A model generated the notes under the pieces. The model was not told the DNA's origin. It saw nothing but the letters and a program-made list of their open reading frames with translations, and did not search any database. This document shows, piece after piece, positions 1-12,890 of a stretch of 35,575 nt of DNA. Positions within the stretch are counted from its first letter, which is position 1; each line of letters begins with the position of its first letter. The stretch is from Lama guanicoe (Eukaryota): positions 6,335,842 to 6,371,416 of the forward strand of contig MU053557.1 in the NCBI GenBank assembly GCA_013239625.1. Reading direction: 5' to 3'. The position numbers and the translations under genes were made by a program.

Positions 1-722
1 TCATTAGCAGATAGTAGATGTTCTACAAATACTTATTGAACATGTATTATCATCATTTTATAGTTGAAGAATTAGAGTTCAGAGATTAGCCTGTGGCTAA
101 AGTAAGATTCTGGCACATTCTGCCTCCAAAGCCATCTGCTCAACCACTGTACTCTTCTTTTTGCCATGACTGTCCAAAATTCTAAATATAAAGTGCTTCT
201 AGTTCTGTTCAGATGATGTAAGCACACTGCATCATATCTGCCACACTGATTAAAACTAAAAGCCCTGGACAGAAAACATAAAGCAACTATACATGGGCTC
301 TGAAAAGTATATAATAGAAGGTGAATTGCTCAAAACTAGTAAAAATGGCCATTATGGTAGTGAATTTCTTGATTTTTTCTCTTCCCATGTCTCCCAGTTA
401 GACTCAAAGGGAGCCCAAATTCTGGAACTATGTAGTGGATGCAGACAGGGAAAACTCAAAGAGAAACCTCTTTTCTGGTTAGAGGACCTAAAATAGGGGA
501 CCCTGTGGGACAGACAGCATGGAGAGAATCCCTATTATTTTTCTTCCTTTTTTTTTTTAACTCTCCAGGCCATACCCCCAAGGCAAGTCTCAGTCCAAAG
601 CAACAGTCTGCTGTATTAGTGACTGTGGTGGTTACACAGGCATCTAAAAATCTGAGGCAAACTCCTCTCAGAGCAGAGGAACAGGGAAAGGGGGCTTTGG
701 GAATCCAGAGTGTGAGGGGAAT

Positions 723-891
723 CAGGACTGGCTACATAATTTGTGGGACCCAGTGCAAAATGACAATACAGAGCCTCTTGATCAAAGATCGGGAATTTCA
801 AGATAATGAAAGCAGAGCATTAAACCAACTGTGGGATCCTTCTAAAGGCCCTAGATGGCCACACAGGTTGCAAGCCCAGGGAGCTGTCCTG
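723..891 (-). mobile_element. MER45A-like hAT-Tip100 DNA transposon, near full length
   Basis: CAGGACTGGCTACATAATTTG...GCTGTCCTG termini match the recalled MER45A reverse complement; degenerate 8-bp TSD aggggaat/ggtggaat. Confidence 0.8.
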
Positions 892-1279
892 GGTGGAATC
901 CCTATTACTTTCTTCCCTTTTTTCTCTCAGTGCTTAACCCTAGAGTTAGGTCCAGTCACAAGAAGTGTGTAACAGGGCATGGAGGATAAAACTCTGGCTT
1001 TTTAGCCAGAAGACCAGAAAAAGAAACCACTGGGTGAGTGTGCAGGAAAACTTGGAAAGGAGAGAGCCAGATAAAGTGATTCCCTAAATCTATGGATGAA
1101 GTCCTGGGCTCAGCCCTGAGGTGCACATGAACTGATGTGAAGCACCAAAGCAAAGGCTTTGACAGCTAACCTATCGTGGAGACCACCATCTACATCCAAG
1201 ACTGGTCCCTGGGTAGTACATTAGCAAGGTGGAGCCAAACACCACTTCAAAGTCATTTTGGTATTCATGAAAGGACAAA

Positions 1280-2600
1280 CACACTGATTGATGAATCAGA
1301 AATAGGGAGCTCAGAGACTGACCCATACTTGTGTATCAACTAGCTTTTTACAAAGATGCAAAGGTAATTCAATGGAGAATAGGTAGTCTTTTCAACAAAT
1401 AAGGCTGGAATAACTGGGCATTCTTAAAAAATTGAACTTTAACCTATGAACACTTTTACTAATTAACTCAGAATGGATCATAGATCTAAATGTACAATGA
1501 AAACAATAAAACATTTAGAAGAAAATATATGAGGAAAATCTTTGTGACTTTGGATTAGGCAAAGTGTTTTAGATAAAGCAGGATCCACAAATGAAAAATT
1601 TTCATATGTTGAACTTGATCAAAATTAAAGCTTTTTCTTTGTGAAAGACACTGTAAAGAGAAGGAAAAGGTAAGTTACAGACCAGAGAAAATATCTACAA
1701 ATTACATATTTAATAAAGAGTTTGCTTTTGGAATGTATAAAGAATTTTTAAAACTCAGCAATAAAAGACAGTAACTCAGTTTTTTAAAAATTTGCAAAAG
1801 ATTTGAAAGACAGTACACCAAAGATGATATACAGATGTCAAATAAGCTCATAAAGAGATGCTCAAAATCATTGGTCATTAGTAAAATGCTAATTAAATCA
1901 CAAATACCACCACCCTTAGCAGAAGGCTAAAATTAAAAAAACCTGAAAATACATACAAGAACTAGCGAAGATGCAAAGCAACTCTAATGCTCATACATTA
2001 GGTGGGAATGCAAAATGGTACAGCCATTCTGGAAACTTGTTTGGCAATTTCTTATAAAGCTAAACACATTAACATGTGACCTAACAAACCTACTCCTAGA
2101 GAAATGAAAACATCTGTTCACACAAAACTCTGTACACAAATGCTTACAGCAGTATTACTCATAAACGTCAGAACCTAGAAACAGCCTAAACGTCCTTTAA
2201 CAGGTGAATGGATAAACAAGTGGTGGTGTTGCCCATACAGTGGGTGCTCAGCAGTGGAAAGCGACTAGTTCCTGATGCATGCAGCCACGTGGACGATCTT
2301 ACATGCAGCTAAGTGAAAGAAGCCAGGCTTAAAAAGTTACATACTGTATGATCCCATGTGGATGACGTTCTGGAAAAGATAAGACAATAGAGACAGAGAA
2401 CAGAAGGTGGATGCCAGGGGTTAGTGGGAGATGGGGGGAAGTTGACTACAAAGTGGGCAGCACAAGGGAGCATTCTGTGGTGAGGGAATTGTTCTGCGTC
2501 CTGATTGTGGTGCACTGATGATTCTATGCATTTCTCAAAACTTACAGAAATGTGCACCAAAAAAATGAACTGTACTGTATACAAATTAAAAGTAAACTTT
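1280..2600 (+). mobile_element. Old L1 (L1M-type) ORF2 3' end and 3'UTR fragment
   Basis: L1 phrases such as gtcttttcaacaaat, gaatggatcatagatctaaatgt, ggtgggaatgcaaaatggtacagcc and gaatggataaaca; no intact ORF. Boundaries approximate. Confidence 0.85.
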
Positions 2601-2624
2601 AAAATATAGAGGTATATAGAGGTA

Positions 2625-3075
2625 TACAGAGGTCAAGAGGTACAAACTTCCAGTTGCAAAATAAATGAGTCACAGCACAAAATAAATGAACAGTATGGGG
2701 AACATAGTAAAAACTACGTGATATCTTTGTATCGTGACGTATCATAACTAGACTTACCCTGTGATCATTTTGAAATGTATAGAAATACTGAATCACTGTG
2801 TTGTGATTCACAGGAACTAACATAGTGCTGTAGGTGAATTATAAATATAATTAACAATGCTGTATTTTAAATGAAACTTCAGTAAATCTGAAGAGTTCTC
2901 ATCACAAGGAAAAATATTTTTTTCTATTTCTTTAATTTTGTGTCTATATGAGATGATGCACGTTCACCAAACTTTTTGTGATAATCATTTCATGATGTAA
3001 GTCAAATCATTATGCTGTATACCTTAAACTTATACAATGCTATATGTCAATAACATTTCAATAAAACTGGAAGAG
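2625..3075 (+). mobile_element. Two stacked L1 3'-UTR ends (L1MA-like)
   Basis: gaggtacaaacttccagtt...gaactaacatagtgctgtagg, followed by gttctcatcac...ccttaaacttatacaatgc...tcaataaaactgg. Confidence 0.75.
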
Positions 3076-3457
3076 AAAGAGTATACACACAGCACCTATC
3101 CTTCCTCACGTGTGGAAGTAGAGACTATACAATTATCCATTGTAAATAGACTGTACTTTCCAGTGTAAAACTCCTTTGTTTCATCAAATCCTATAATTTA
3201 AATTGTATACCTCCATTTATCTTGATTTTAAAAAATTAGGAAACATATTTTGATATGAGGATAAATGTTTAATAAATGTATTGGGGCAAGAATGAAACTG
3301 TCTCCTGACTGCCTCTCTGTTGTGTGTAACCTACTTTTCTCCTGCTGGTGACAACTGGCCCAAGTGATGTCAGAGGTTATTTCTCCTGTGTGGTCACAGT
3401 AACTCAGAGCTCCCAGCTCCTGTTCAGAAGGCCACCCACAGCACCTGGGAAAGTCTA

Positions 3458-3769
<312 letters not shown>

Positions 3770-4931
3770 TCAAGGTATTGCCCAAGTACTGAAGGATCAG
3801 GATCTCATGGAGAGAGTTTGGTTCATCAGAATCCTCCAGAAGAAAATCTTACACACCACAGGTGAGTACCAGCCTAACATGCCCAAGAACACTTCAAATG
3901 TACCACTGGTTATGGGTGCTGGAAGTTACTGTGACTACAGTTACAGTGATATTCTAGGGCCCAAAGTAATTAGTGAAATATGAAAGTGCCCTTTCTTCAA
4001 TGAGCTATAAATTGAAAGGAAAAAAGTGTGTTGAATAAATATTTTATGTACCCTGTGACCTAGTATGTAAAAATGGCAGAACCATTTCTCTAATTAAGTA
4101 ATCTCTGGAATAGTCCAAAAGTAAATCAGAGGTAGCTATCTCATTAGAAAATTCAATTTTGCAGAATCCATCAATATTGCCGTAAGGAGTATAAGACTTA
4201 TCTGTAGTTATCCTAAAATATTTGACTAATTTGTTATTTTTACTAAATTCCATGGACTCTATAACTTTTTCCCTCTGTGACTTCTCAAAGAGAAAAACAT
4301 CTGAAAGGTTCTAGGTATGCCAAGGATCTTCAGGGTTTATGTTTCTATGTAGTCTTATCCATTATAAAATAAAAATTAGAAAGAATAGAAAAGTAGGAAA
4401 TTGAGGGAAAATCAATATCCATAACTCAACTTGAAAGATGTAATTTATATCATGATAGATTTGCTTGTGGTCTTTCAAGACTCTATTTATACCTCTGTGA
4501 CTAAATACTAGTTTTTTTTTCCTCTTGAGTTCCTTAGGGGTAATTTTGAAATTACCTGGAATTGTAGCCTCTAGTTTGTTAAGACTAACTCAGCAAGATT
4601 TCACTGTGGTAGAAGATGCTGTTTTTCATCTGCCTTTTGCTGTTTTCCAACCATTACAGGAATGGTCTATAGTTCACCAATCAAGATGTTTCCTTTGCAA
4701 AGCATATTTTTTTTCTAAAACCAGGATTTGACAGGAAATGAGTATTGGAGAAGCAACACGAAAGAGGAGATATCTAGAACGTACAGAGACATCTTTGTGG
4801 AAGGAAGGCAACCATAAAATGGGTACTAGGCTGAAGAGTGAAGTGGACACCCACTGGCCCCAGATGTCACTCTATTATATATATAAAAGCCTCTGCCCAC
4901 TGGAGGAGTCAGGTGTGTGGTGTGCACTAAC

Positions 4932-5150
4932 CTGGGTGATGTACTGGATGATGATGATTAAACTGACCAGCATGCTGATGTTGGCCAACAGGGAGAAGAT
5001 GGTCAGGATCCTGAGGTTCCGAATAAGGGCCAGCAGCACCAGGAAGGGCAGGAAGGTGAGCATGTAGAGTCGTGAATCCATGGTGGGCATCAGGATCACT
5101 GTCATGTTGTCATGGCAGTTGCTGGTGGTGCCATTAACTGCTTCCACTAC
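4932..5150 (-). CDS. SLC36A2: SLC36A2 coding exon 6, 219 nt
   Basis: cctcag acceptor, GTTAGT donor; [73 protein letters not shown], with N-glycosylation sequons NGT and NMT. Confidence 0.97.
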
Positions 5151-5449
5151 CTGAGGAAGGAATAGGGAAAAGCAAGGGGAAGAGTCAGTGAATCTTCTGG
5201 CTACCTGATTAGTTCAGTGCCTGGCCCAAAATCAAACTCAAAGAACTGGCATGTCTCACAATGAGTTAGGGTGACTTTAGGACTTCTTACTGTAAATCTT
5301 CTGCACCATTCTTTCTCAAAAGAGGACAGACATTTTTCTCTGTCATTTTGGAAGTTAGCCAATATTCTTTCACTAAACTTATTTTTCTATTTGAGTTCCA
5401 CAGAGTCTGTTCCTTTTGCTTTTAACTGAAAAAGTCCACCACTTACTAT

Positions 5450-5670
5450 TTCTTAACTGCACCAAAACTGACCTTTTGAGTGACAGAACTCTTCTTGTGA
5501 GGACTGGACCATTCATTGCAGGACATTTAGCATTCCTGGATGCAACCTAATAGAAGCTATTAGCATCCTCTGGTCATCGAGACAAACAAGGAACACCCCA
5601 CTGCACACTGTACAAACATCCCCTTGGCAAAAGTGAGTGTTGGGGGAATGGTACCATCCTCCTTTGGAAT
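5450..5670 (-). mobile_element. MER20-like hAT-Charlie element, decayed
   Basis: cattgcaggacatttagcattcctgg...tagcatcc resembles the MER20 reverse complement. Confidence 0.55.
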
Positions 5671-6809
5671 CAGCATGACTTAACTGATGCAGTCTCATTG
5701 TACAAGCAACACAATCTACTACAGAACAATTACAGAGTTAGGCAAGAAGAAAACGTTAAAGCAATGATAATCTCAATATCCATGGGTAGCCATGGTAATG
5801 CCTTGTGATATATTCATCTGTACATTTTCTGTGTATGCAATGCCACAAATTACATGCAATATACACATCCCTCTTTATTTTACAAAACTGCAATCATAGC
5901 ATACACTTTTATTTTGAAATCTCCCTTTCACTTAACTACACACCTGGATACCTAAATGAATCATTAAGCTTTGTTTTTCTCTGATTCCTCCCTACAGTAG
6001 GGAAAACTACTTGGAACATTAGCCAGGCATTCAAGGCCCTCTATAAATAGGCCCATTCAACTGTGAAGGCTCTTCCTTTCCCAAGGCCCACACCTTCCAC
6101 ACCTTCTACAATCACTTGTATTGTCTCTACTGAGCAAGCCCCACACATTCTTGCCTCTAGGCATTCACTCCTCCCTTCTCCCACCTTGGCTGCCATCACT
6201 TCTCCTCTAACCTGCCCTTCAATGCCCAGCTCAGATGCATCTCCTTAAGGGAGCCTTCTCTTGCTCCAATTATCTTTCCTGCTTCCACACATTTCTGCCC
6301 CTTAGTTCACAAATAAGCACCCCCAGCCTCAAGGTGTTAGAGGTGTCCTGACCCAGCACCAAAATATTATACTGATAGTTAACTTTTTATATGTTTTAGA
6401 GCACATCCCACTTAGTCCTCAGACTCCTTGAGACATGCTTACCTTGTCTCTAGACAGATGACTGATAAAATTCTGTCTATATCATTGATTTCCAAGCAGC
6501 AATCTGGCAGGTAAGAGCCTTTAAATCAAACCCTTGACCCAGTAATTTTACTTTAAAATATATACACACAAATATATTATAAGGAATAAAAGAATGTACA
6601 AAGACTTATGTAAATTATAGTAAAAAAGAACAAAGGGAAACAAAGAAAATATCCAATCATAGAACACTGAAGTCATCTGCATGATGGAAAATTATGAAAT
6701 TATTAAAAACTACACTAAAAATGTAAGGACATTGAAAAATGATAATCAAAACAATAACCATGAGTGGTTGGATTAAAAATAATTTTGTTTTGTTTTGAGA
6801 CGACATGTG

Positions 6810-7030
6810 ACATAGTGTTTAAGAACTTAAGCTGTGATGATGAAAGGCCTGTGTTTTTAATCTTTGCTCTGTGATGTTATTAATATACATTATAGAGTTC
6901 ACAACATCAGTTTTCTCATCTGCAAAATGAGAATAACCACAGTATCTACTCTGATATGGCCATGAAGAGAATTAAATGAGGGAAAGCTTATACAATGCTC
7001 AGTACTGTACCTGACGCTTAATAGAAGCTA
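6810..7030 (+). mobile_element. MIR SINE
   Basis: MIR core cagttttctcatctgcaaaatgagaataa...gagaattaaatgag. Confidence 0.75.
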
Positions 7031-7655
7031 ACTCTGAATGCCTACTGTTTTTTTTCCTTCCTTCTCATTTCTTTTTTTTATATTTCCAATTTTCCGGTAT
7101 TACTAAAAGCAAAACAAACAAACAAAAAAACCTCTATAGAATCTAAAGAATCGGTTTTTTTAAGCTTATTGACTGACAAAGAATAGCTTCTGTTATTACC
7201 CATATTATTTTGCTCAAATTGCTACAAGATAACTATTGTGATAGGTCAAAAGAACTTCTTGGGGACAAAAACTGTTAAATCATAGAGATTAAGCACCTCA
7301 AGGTAGATAAAGATGACCCACAGGTTAGGTATCATCCAAAAAGGCCTATATCAGTTCGAGAAGAGTTAAAGATGATTAAGTTCCAAGGCAGGATGACAGA
7401 CAAAATCCAGGGTTTCCTCCAGCTCAATTTTAAAAACCAATCTTGAGGACAGGTCCAGTTTTAGAGACAAAACTTGGACAAAGGGTGCTGCGGAAAAACT
7501 AACCATTTACGGAAATCTGCAGATGTGTGAACTGGGGGAAGCCTGGGTTCTTTGATAACATCTGGTTAACTTCTTTCTTTGTATGATGAGGACACTAGGG
7601 CCCAAAGAGAAGAAGCCATGTCCTTTTCCCTCCCTTATTCTCTAGAAGATTCTAC

Positions 7656-7740
7656 CTGTTTTAAATTATCGGCCAGAAACACAATGTACACGCAGCAGAA
7701 GCCCAACTGGGTGACTATGAGAAAGAAGCTCACGATATGC
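7656..7740 (-). CDS. SLC36A2: SLC36A2 coding exon 5, 85 nt
   Basis: tttcag acceptor, GTAGAA donor; [28 protein letters not shown]. Confidence 0.96.
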
Positions 7741-8069
7741 CTGAAAGAAAGGAGAGAGAGAGAAAGAAAACTTGTTATAAAAAGAGTAGGCTTGTCATTT
7801 CCATTTCTGTTCCTAGGGGTTGGTGACCCTCTACCAGCACCCTTGGTCCTGCCACCACAGTCAACAATGGAGCAGTAAGAAGGGAGGTAACAATAGTTCT
7901 TTAAAAACACATGTTTCTCAACCACCCTCACACTCTCAGCTCAGCAAGTGGTAAAATTCTTCATCGTCAGGAATCTTGCCCCATACCTGGCTCCGTGTTG
8001 AATACTAATTGATGTAAGGCAATAGGCCCAATGTTTTTTATTAGCTATAATTAACATTAAAAATTTTTT

Positions 8070-9175
8070 CCTATCATGTGCCAGACACCATACTAGGCAC
8101 TGAGGACACACAGACAAGTAACACTGTCTTTCCTCTAGTGGTTTAGAGACTAGTGGATGAGATGGATAAAAAATAATGTGGCAATAAGGACCATGGTAAA
8201 GGGGCATTTTACCTGAATTATAGAGCAGACAGCCTTCTTAGAAAAACCCATACCGGGGCAGAAGTCCCTCAGGAATATGAAGAGAGAGAGAGTGAGAGAG
8301 AGAGAAGAGGAATAAAGGGGAGGAGGAGATGGCGAGGAAGTGGTGAGGAAAGAACATTTCAGCAGATGGATTAGGCAGATTTTTCTAGCTGCCATGTGAA
8401 GAATCCACTGTAGGGGGCAAGACGGAGGATGGGAAGACTGGATAGGAGATTCTTACAATAATGGAGGTGAAAGATGGCAGCCACCCGGACAAAGACATGG
8501 CCATTAGAATGAGAGAAATAAAAGTATTTTAAGAGATGCTAGGGAGCTAGAGCTTACAGAACCTGGTGACCACGTACGTCAAGGGGAAGGGGAAAGGAAA
8601 TGACCTAAAGTGATTGACAGGTTTTTGGCTTGGACAACAAAATGAACTGGGAAATCAGAGGGAAGAACAGGTTTTAGGGGAAGGGAAAGAAATGACACAT
8701 TCAGTACCTGAATTGTTGAGCTTGAGGTTCCTACAGGGGACATTCAGGAGACAACCATATATTAATGCTCTGGAACTGCTGATTTGTTAGTAATAGATAA
8801 AGCCTTGAAAAGGCAGATCAGTGTTGGAAAGTATGCAGAGTGAGAAGGTTTCAAATCCTAGAGAATGGCAACACTTACAGGGAGGATAGAAACAAAGAAG
8901 ACTTCAAAGTAATAGCCAGAGAGGTAAAAGGGAAACTAGGGTGAAAAAGGATTTAACAGAAGCCAAGTGAAGAGCTAATGTCTGAAGAAAAGAATAGTCA
9001 GTCGTACCTACTGCTGCTGAGAGGTGCTCTAGGGTAAAGAAGGAGGTCTTTTAAGGTGCTGGTGGAAAGAACTTCAGTAGAAGTATAGGACAAGAAAGCC
9101 AGGTGACCCACGAAAGAGGTGTGAATGGCGTCTATGGAAGTAAAGTCAGAGGGTGGGCCATTCTTTCACGAAGCT
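8070..9175 (-). mobile_element. L2 LINE fragments
   Basis: tgtgccagacaccatactaggcactgagga and purine-rich L2 antisense phrases (gttgagcttgaggttcct, ctgctgagaggt). Boundaries approximate. Confidence 0.7.
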
Positions 9176-9894
9176 AGAGTGTGAGCTCCAGTCTTGAAGG
9201 TGCCCATTTTGTTCATAGTTGTGAGCCCACTGCCTAAAGTACTTCCTGTCATGTAGGTATTCAGTAGGTATTTGTTGAATGACCAGATAATGAATATGAG
9301 ATAGGATGGTAGCTAAAGGAAGGTATGAGGTCCAGGAAGGTTTATTAATTTATTTTATCATTTTTAAGATGGAGATACACGAACACATTTTAATGTTGAG
9401 AGGAAGAGCACACAGTTCAAAAAAGAACTTCAAGTCATAGAAGAGCAGATAATTAGCAAAGCAAAGTCTCTAAATAGAGCAGGAAAAATCCACTTTATAT
9501 GCCCAACAATGAGTAGAAGGATTTGAGGGGTTGTGACAGACAAAAGCTTGGGTCACACAATTGGGAAAATACTGGTAATCATCCCATAGCCTCCCTAGTC
9601 TGCTCATAGGTTGAATTTATTAGCTCAGTAAGTGAATGGGCTTTGGGTCAAGAGAGGTGCCAGACCCATGATGCTCATGGGCAGGGCACACCTCAGGTGG
9701 TGCAGTTCAGGGTATCACAGTTCAAGAAAGACTTTGATAATCTAGAGGTGCTCAGAAAGGAGTAGACAGACGGGGAGGGGACAGGTCTGAAAACAAAGAC
9801 AAAGGAGTAGATTTAGTCCCAAGTTCTTCATCATCTCTGAAAGCGAAAAGGTGGGAGTTGCAGGAGGAAGACTTCAGCTCATCAAAGGGTGCTT

Positions 9895-10830
9895 AATGTC
9901 ATGGTCTTTTTCTCTCTTTATTCTCACTATATACTCTCTCCCTAAAAGACCTCTTCTGTCCCCTGGCCTCATAGCTGACTTCAATTCTGTCCACTGCCTG
10001 AAGATACGCTCAAGCCTATACATATACAACTACCCATTTGACATCTCTACTTGAATATCCAAAACAGAAGTCATCAGAAATCTGAGTCAACCTTGACTCC
10101 TTTGTTCTCCCACAACCACGGGATCCAAATTATTATCAAATTCACTTTTCTCCATTGTCACTGCCACCAGCTTGGACCTAGCCATCATTACCACCTGCCT
10201 GGACCTTGTCAACAGCCTCCTCATGGGTCTGACTAAATCTATTCTTGCTTCCTTACAATCTATTCTCTTTACAGAAGCCAGACAGATCTTTAGACAATGC
10301 AACTATGACTAAAACAGGAAAGCCTCTGATTAAAAGCCTCCAATGGTTTCCTGGTTGCTTTTAAGACAAGAAAAAAACCTTGAAGAGAGTCTAAAATGTG
10401 CAGCTTGGCTGGGCCCCTGAATCTTTCTTCAGCATCATCTCCCTGACTATCTGCCCTCAAGTGACCTGGTCTTCCTGTCCCCTGAAACCGTCACATACTC
10501 CCTCCTGCTTCAGGACCTTCACATCTTGCTCTTCCTCCTGGAAGGCCCTTTAGGCTCCTGCATTCCCCTAGGTAATTCCTCATTCCTAAGACTGCCTTCC
10601 TTTGGAACTCACCTCAACTTTTCCACCCTAGGAAGCCTACCTGAACCCACGCACATCTCCTTACCTGTACGGCAGCAGCTAGTACTTCTTTCCTTCAAGG
10701 TACTTGTCCTAGTAGTTACTAAGTAACTGTGTTCTAAACTAATGTCCACCTTTCCCACTGGACTATGGGTCCTGTGATGGCAAAGCTTTGTTTGCTTTGT
10801 TCCCCACGGTATTTCTAGGGCCTAATTCTA
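9895..10830 (+). mobile_element. L2 LINE fragment
   Basis: gacatctctacttgaatatcc, aacagcctcct, cacagaagccag-like and ccactggactatg...tctagggcct L2 3' phrases. Confidence 0.75.
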
Positions 10831-11042
10831 ATAAAGTGAATAATATTAAAGCTGCATAGCAAAGAAATACAAGGGGATTGCTGGGGATATACAAGGAGTG
10901 GGACCGGATAAGGAAGACTGCCAATGAACTCCTTCCATGTGAATTGCAATATTCTGTGTTACATAGGCCAAATTTCCAGGGAAGAGGGCATTCCTGACAG
11001 CCACATTTCTTCTCCACTTTGGGTCAAGCAAGAACAAGGTAC

Positions 11043-11138
11043 CTTCCCCAATGTGCATGGTTCCGGAGCCAGGTGCTGGGGCTGGCTTCTAGTCCGTGCA
11101 TCACTGTATCCCCATAGTCCATAAACGGTTTGTTAAGT
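11043..11138 (-). CDS. SLC36A2: SLC36A2 coding exon 4, 96 nt
   Basis: ccttcag acceptor, GTACC donor; [31 protein letters not shown](R). Confidence 0.96.
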
Positions 11139-11329
11139 CTGAAGGAGAGAGGACATACAGTTACCAAGAGGCAGTTTAATCTAAGGTCATATACTGAGAA
11201 GTCAGTAGGCACATAGCACAGCAGGACCTAGCTGGAGTGAGAAGAACATTGGGGCAGGGAAAAAAGTATTTTGACACCTGGTGGTATTTCCTTGGTGGCT
11301 TGTTTTTCTTGCCTATTAAGTAGGGCAGT

Positions 11330-11550
11330 TACTACATAACAAGGGTAATAATATATGCCTTGCGTGGGTACAGTAGTTTTCATATCCATGATCCCATTGG
11401 ATCCTCACGACAATTCTCTGAGGCAGGGTTAGGCATGGATTGTTTATGCCCAATTTACAGATGAGCCAAGCAGATAGGCACAATGGCCTGATTGAGATCA
11501 CCGAATGAGTCACATGGAGGAGTCTCACTTTAGGTCCCTGCCCTGAATGC
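11330..11550 (-). mobile_element. MIR SINE
   Basis: atcctcacgacaattctctgaggcagg...cccaatttacagatgag. Confidence 0.7.
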
Positions 11551-11679
11551 TTTTCCCTTTTTCTTGGCCTTGTTGGAGGAAATTAAGAAGTAAACTCTTG
11601 TTTATATGGGGTATAATTCTGGGATGTCCCTGAGAACCAAGCACCAAAGGCACTGACATGAGAACACTGTTTTCCTCAC

Positions 11680-11768
11680 CTGTGGCAGAAGTGCTGGGCA
11701 CACCTGACCAGGATGTGCATACAATGGCAGGAGATGAGGCCCATGGCCAGCAAACTGAGCGGGCCCAT
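11680..11768 (-). CDS. SLC36A2: SLC36A2 coding exon 3, 89 nt
   Basis: ctctag acceptor, GTGAGG donor; [29 protein letters not shown](R), read by hand (this frame is not in the ORF track); the Gly falls at codon 87, as in human G87. Confidence 0.95.
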
Positions 11769-12354
11769 CTAGAGGACGGGGATGCCAAGGGGCAAGGCAA
11801 GAGAGAAGAGAATGGATCTGTGAATAACATGGTAGGGAGGGATTTGGTAGTTCAGGTTTCATTCAAGACTCAAAGAACTATCTAGCAAACTGGTTTGCAA
11901 GGCATTTTTAGCGGTAACAGGTATACTTTGTTTTTTCTTTACTGAAGTATAGTTGATTTACAATGTTATATATTCTTTCAAATATGATCTCAAGTAGTAC
12001 TCCAATAAAGTGTAAAAAGCAAGTACAATGACGTGTTATGGTGAGAGTAGAGGACTCAGACTTCTGATGTTTAGTGGCCTTTGAGGCATCCCTCAGCACT
12101 AGTGTTTTACAGAGCACAACTGGAAAACTAGTCATCCAACCCCTGCACTCCACAAGGGAGGAAACTGAGGCTCAGCCAGTGGACAAATGACTTGCTAAGG
12201 CCACTCAAAGTCCATGGCAGAGCCAGAACTCAAACCCAGACTAGATGTCTAGACTCCAGGTCTAGACCAAGCTGCCTTTCAGTAAGACTACTCAATGTAA
12301 GACATTATAAACTCTTAGAGGCTGTCCTCCCCCACCTGTGGCAGCCCCTCTTAC

Positions 12355-12445
12355 CAGGATGCCTGCATTCTTCACAGCCAGGGGTAGTCCCAGAATCCCT
12401 GTGCCTATGTTACCTTTCACCAGGTGAACCAAGGTCTGGAATGCT
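12355..12445 (-). CDS. SLC36A2: SLC36A2 coding exon 2, 91 nt
   Basis: tttag acceptor, GTAAGA donor; (T)[30 protein letters not shown] carries the SLC36 TM1 motif KGNxGTG; phase matches exon 1. Confidence 0.96.
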
Positions 12446-12607
12446 CTAAAGGAGAAGAAAAAGACTTGAGGATGTGGGTTCATGGAGGTGAGGAGATCTG
12501 ACAGGCGAAATCCCTCCTCGTATGCCAAAACCTGAGTTAAGCTGGATAGGTGGGCTCCTGGCCACTTCCCAGTCCCCATGGATTTCCTTGGCACTCGTGG
12601 TCTCCTG

Positions 12608-12658
12608 TAGGGTGACCAACCATCTCAGTTTGCCCAATACTGTCCTGGTTTTAGCAGC
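12608..12658 (+). mobile_element. hAT-Blackjack (MER81/MER94-like) terminal fragment
   Basis: TAGGGTGACCAACCATCTCAGTTTGCCCAATACTGTCCTGGTTTTAGCA resembles the Blackjack terminus. Confidence 0.6.
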
Positions 12659-12669
12659 TGACACTAAAC

Positions 12670-12890
12670 ATATGCCATTAGAACACTAACTATGTAATAG
12701 ACATTATGCTAAGGATTATATGTATTATCTCATGTAATCTTCTTGTCAAGACTAGAAAGTAGGTTATTGCCTTTATTTTTCAGATGAGAAAACTGAGGAA
12801 TAGAGATTTTTAAAGTGACTTATCAAAGGATATACTGGGGAGCCAGAATTTGAACCTAGGACTGCGTCAGAGTCCCTGTTCCTCACCTCA
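12670..12890 (-). mobile_element. MIR SINE
   Basis: ttttcagatgagaaaactgagg...gagccagaatttgaacctagg. Confidence 0.8.

Noticed and set aside
439..972. 177-aa plus-strand ORF
   Set aside because: Runs through a T-tract and the MER45A element; no recognisable protein; intronic and antisense to SLC36A2.
8070..10830. Oppositely oriented L2 copies in intron 4 as a possible dsRNA hairpin
   Set aside because: Both are ancient and highly diverged; no long complementary stem is visible.
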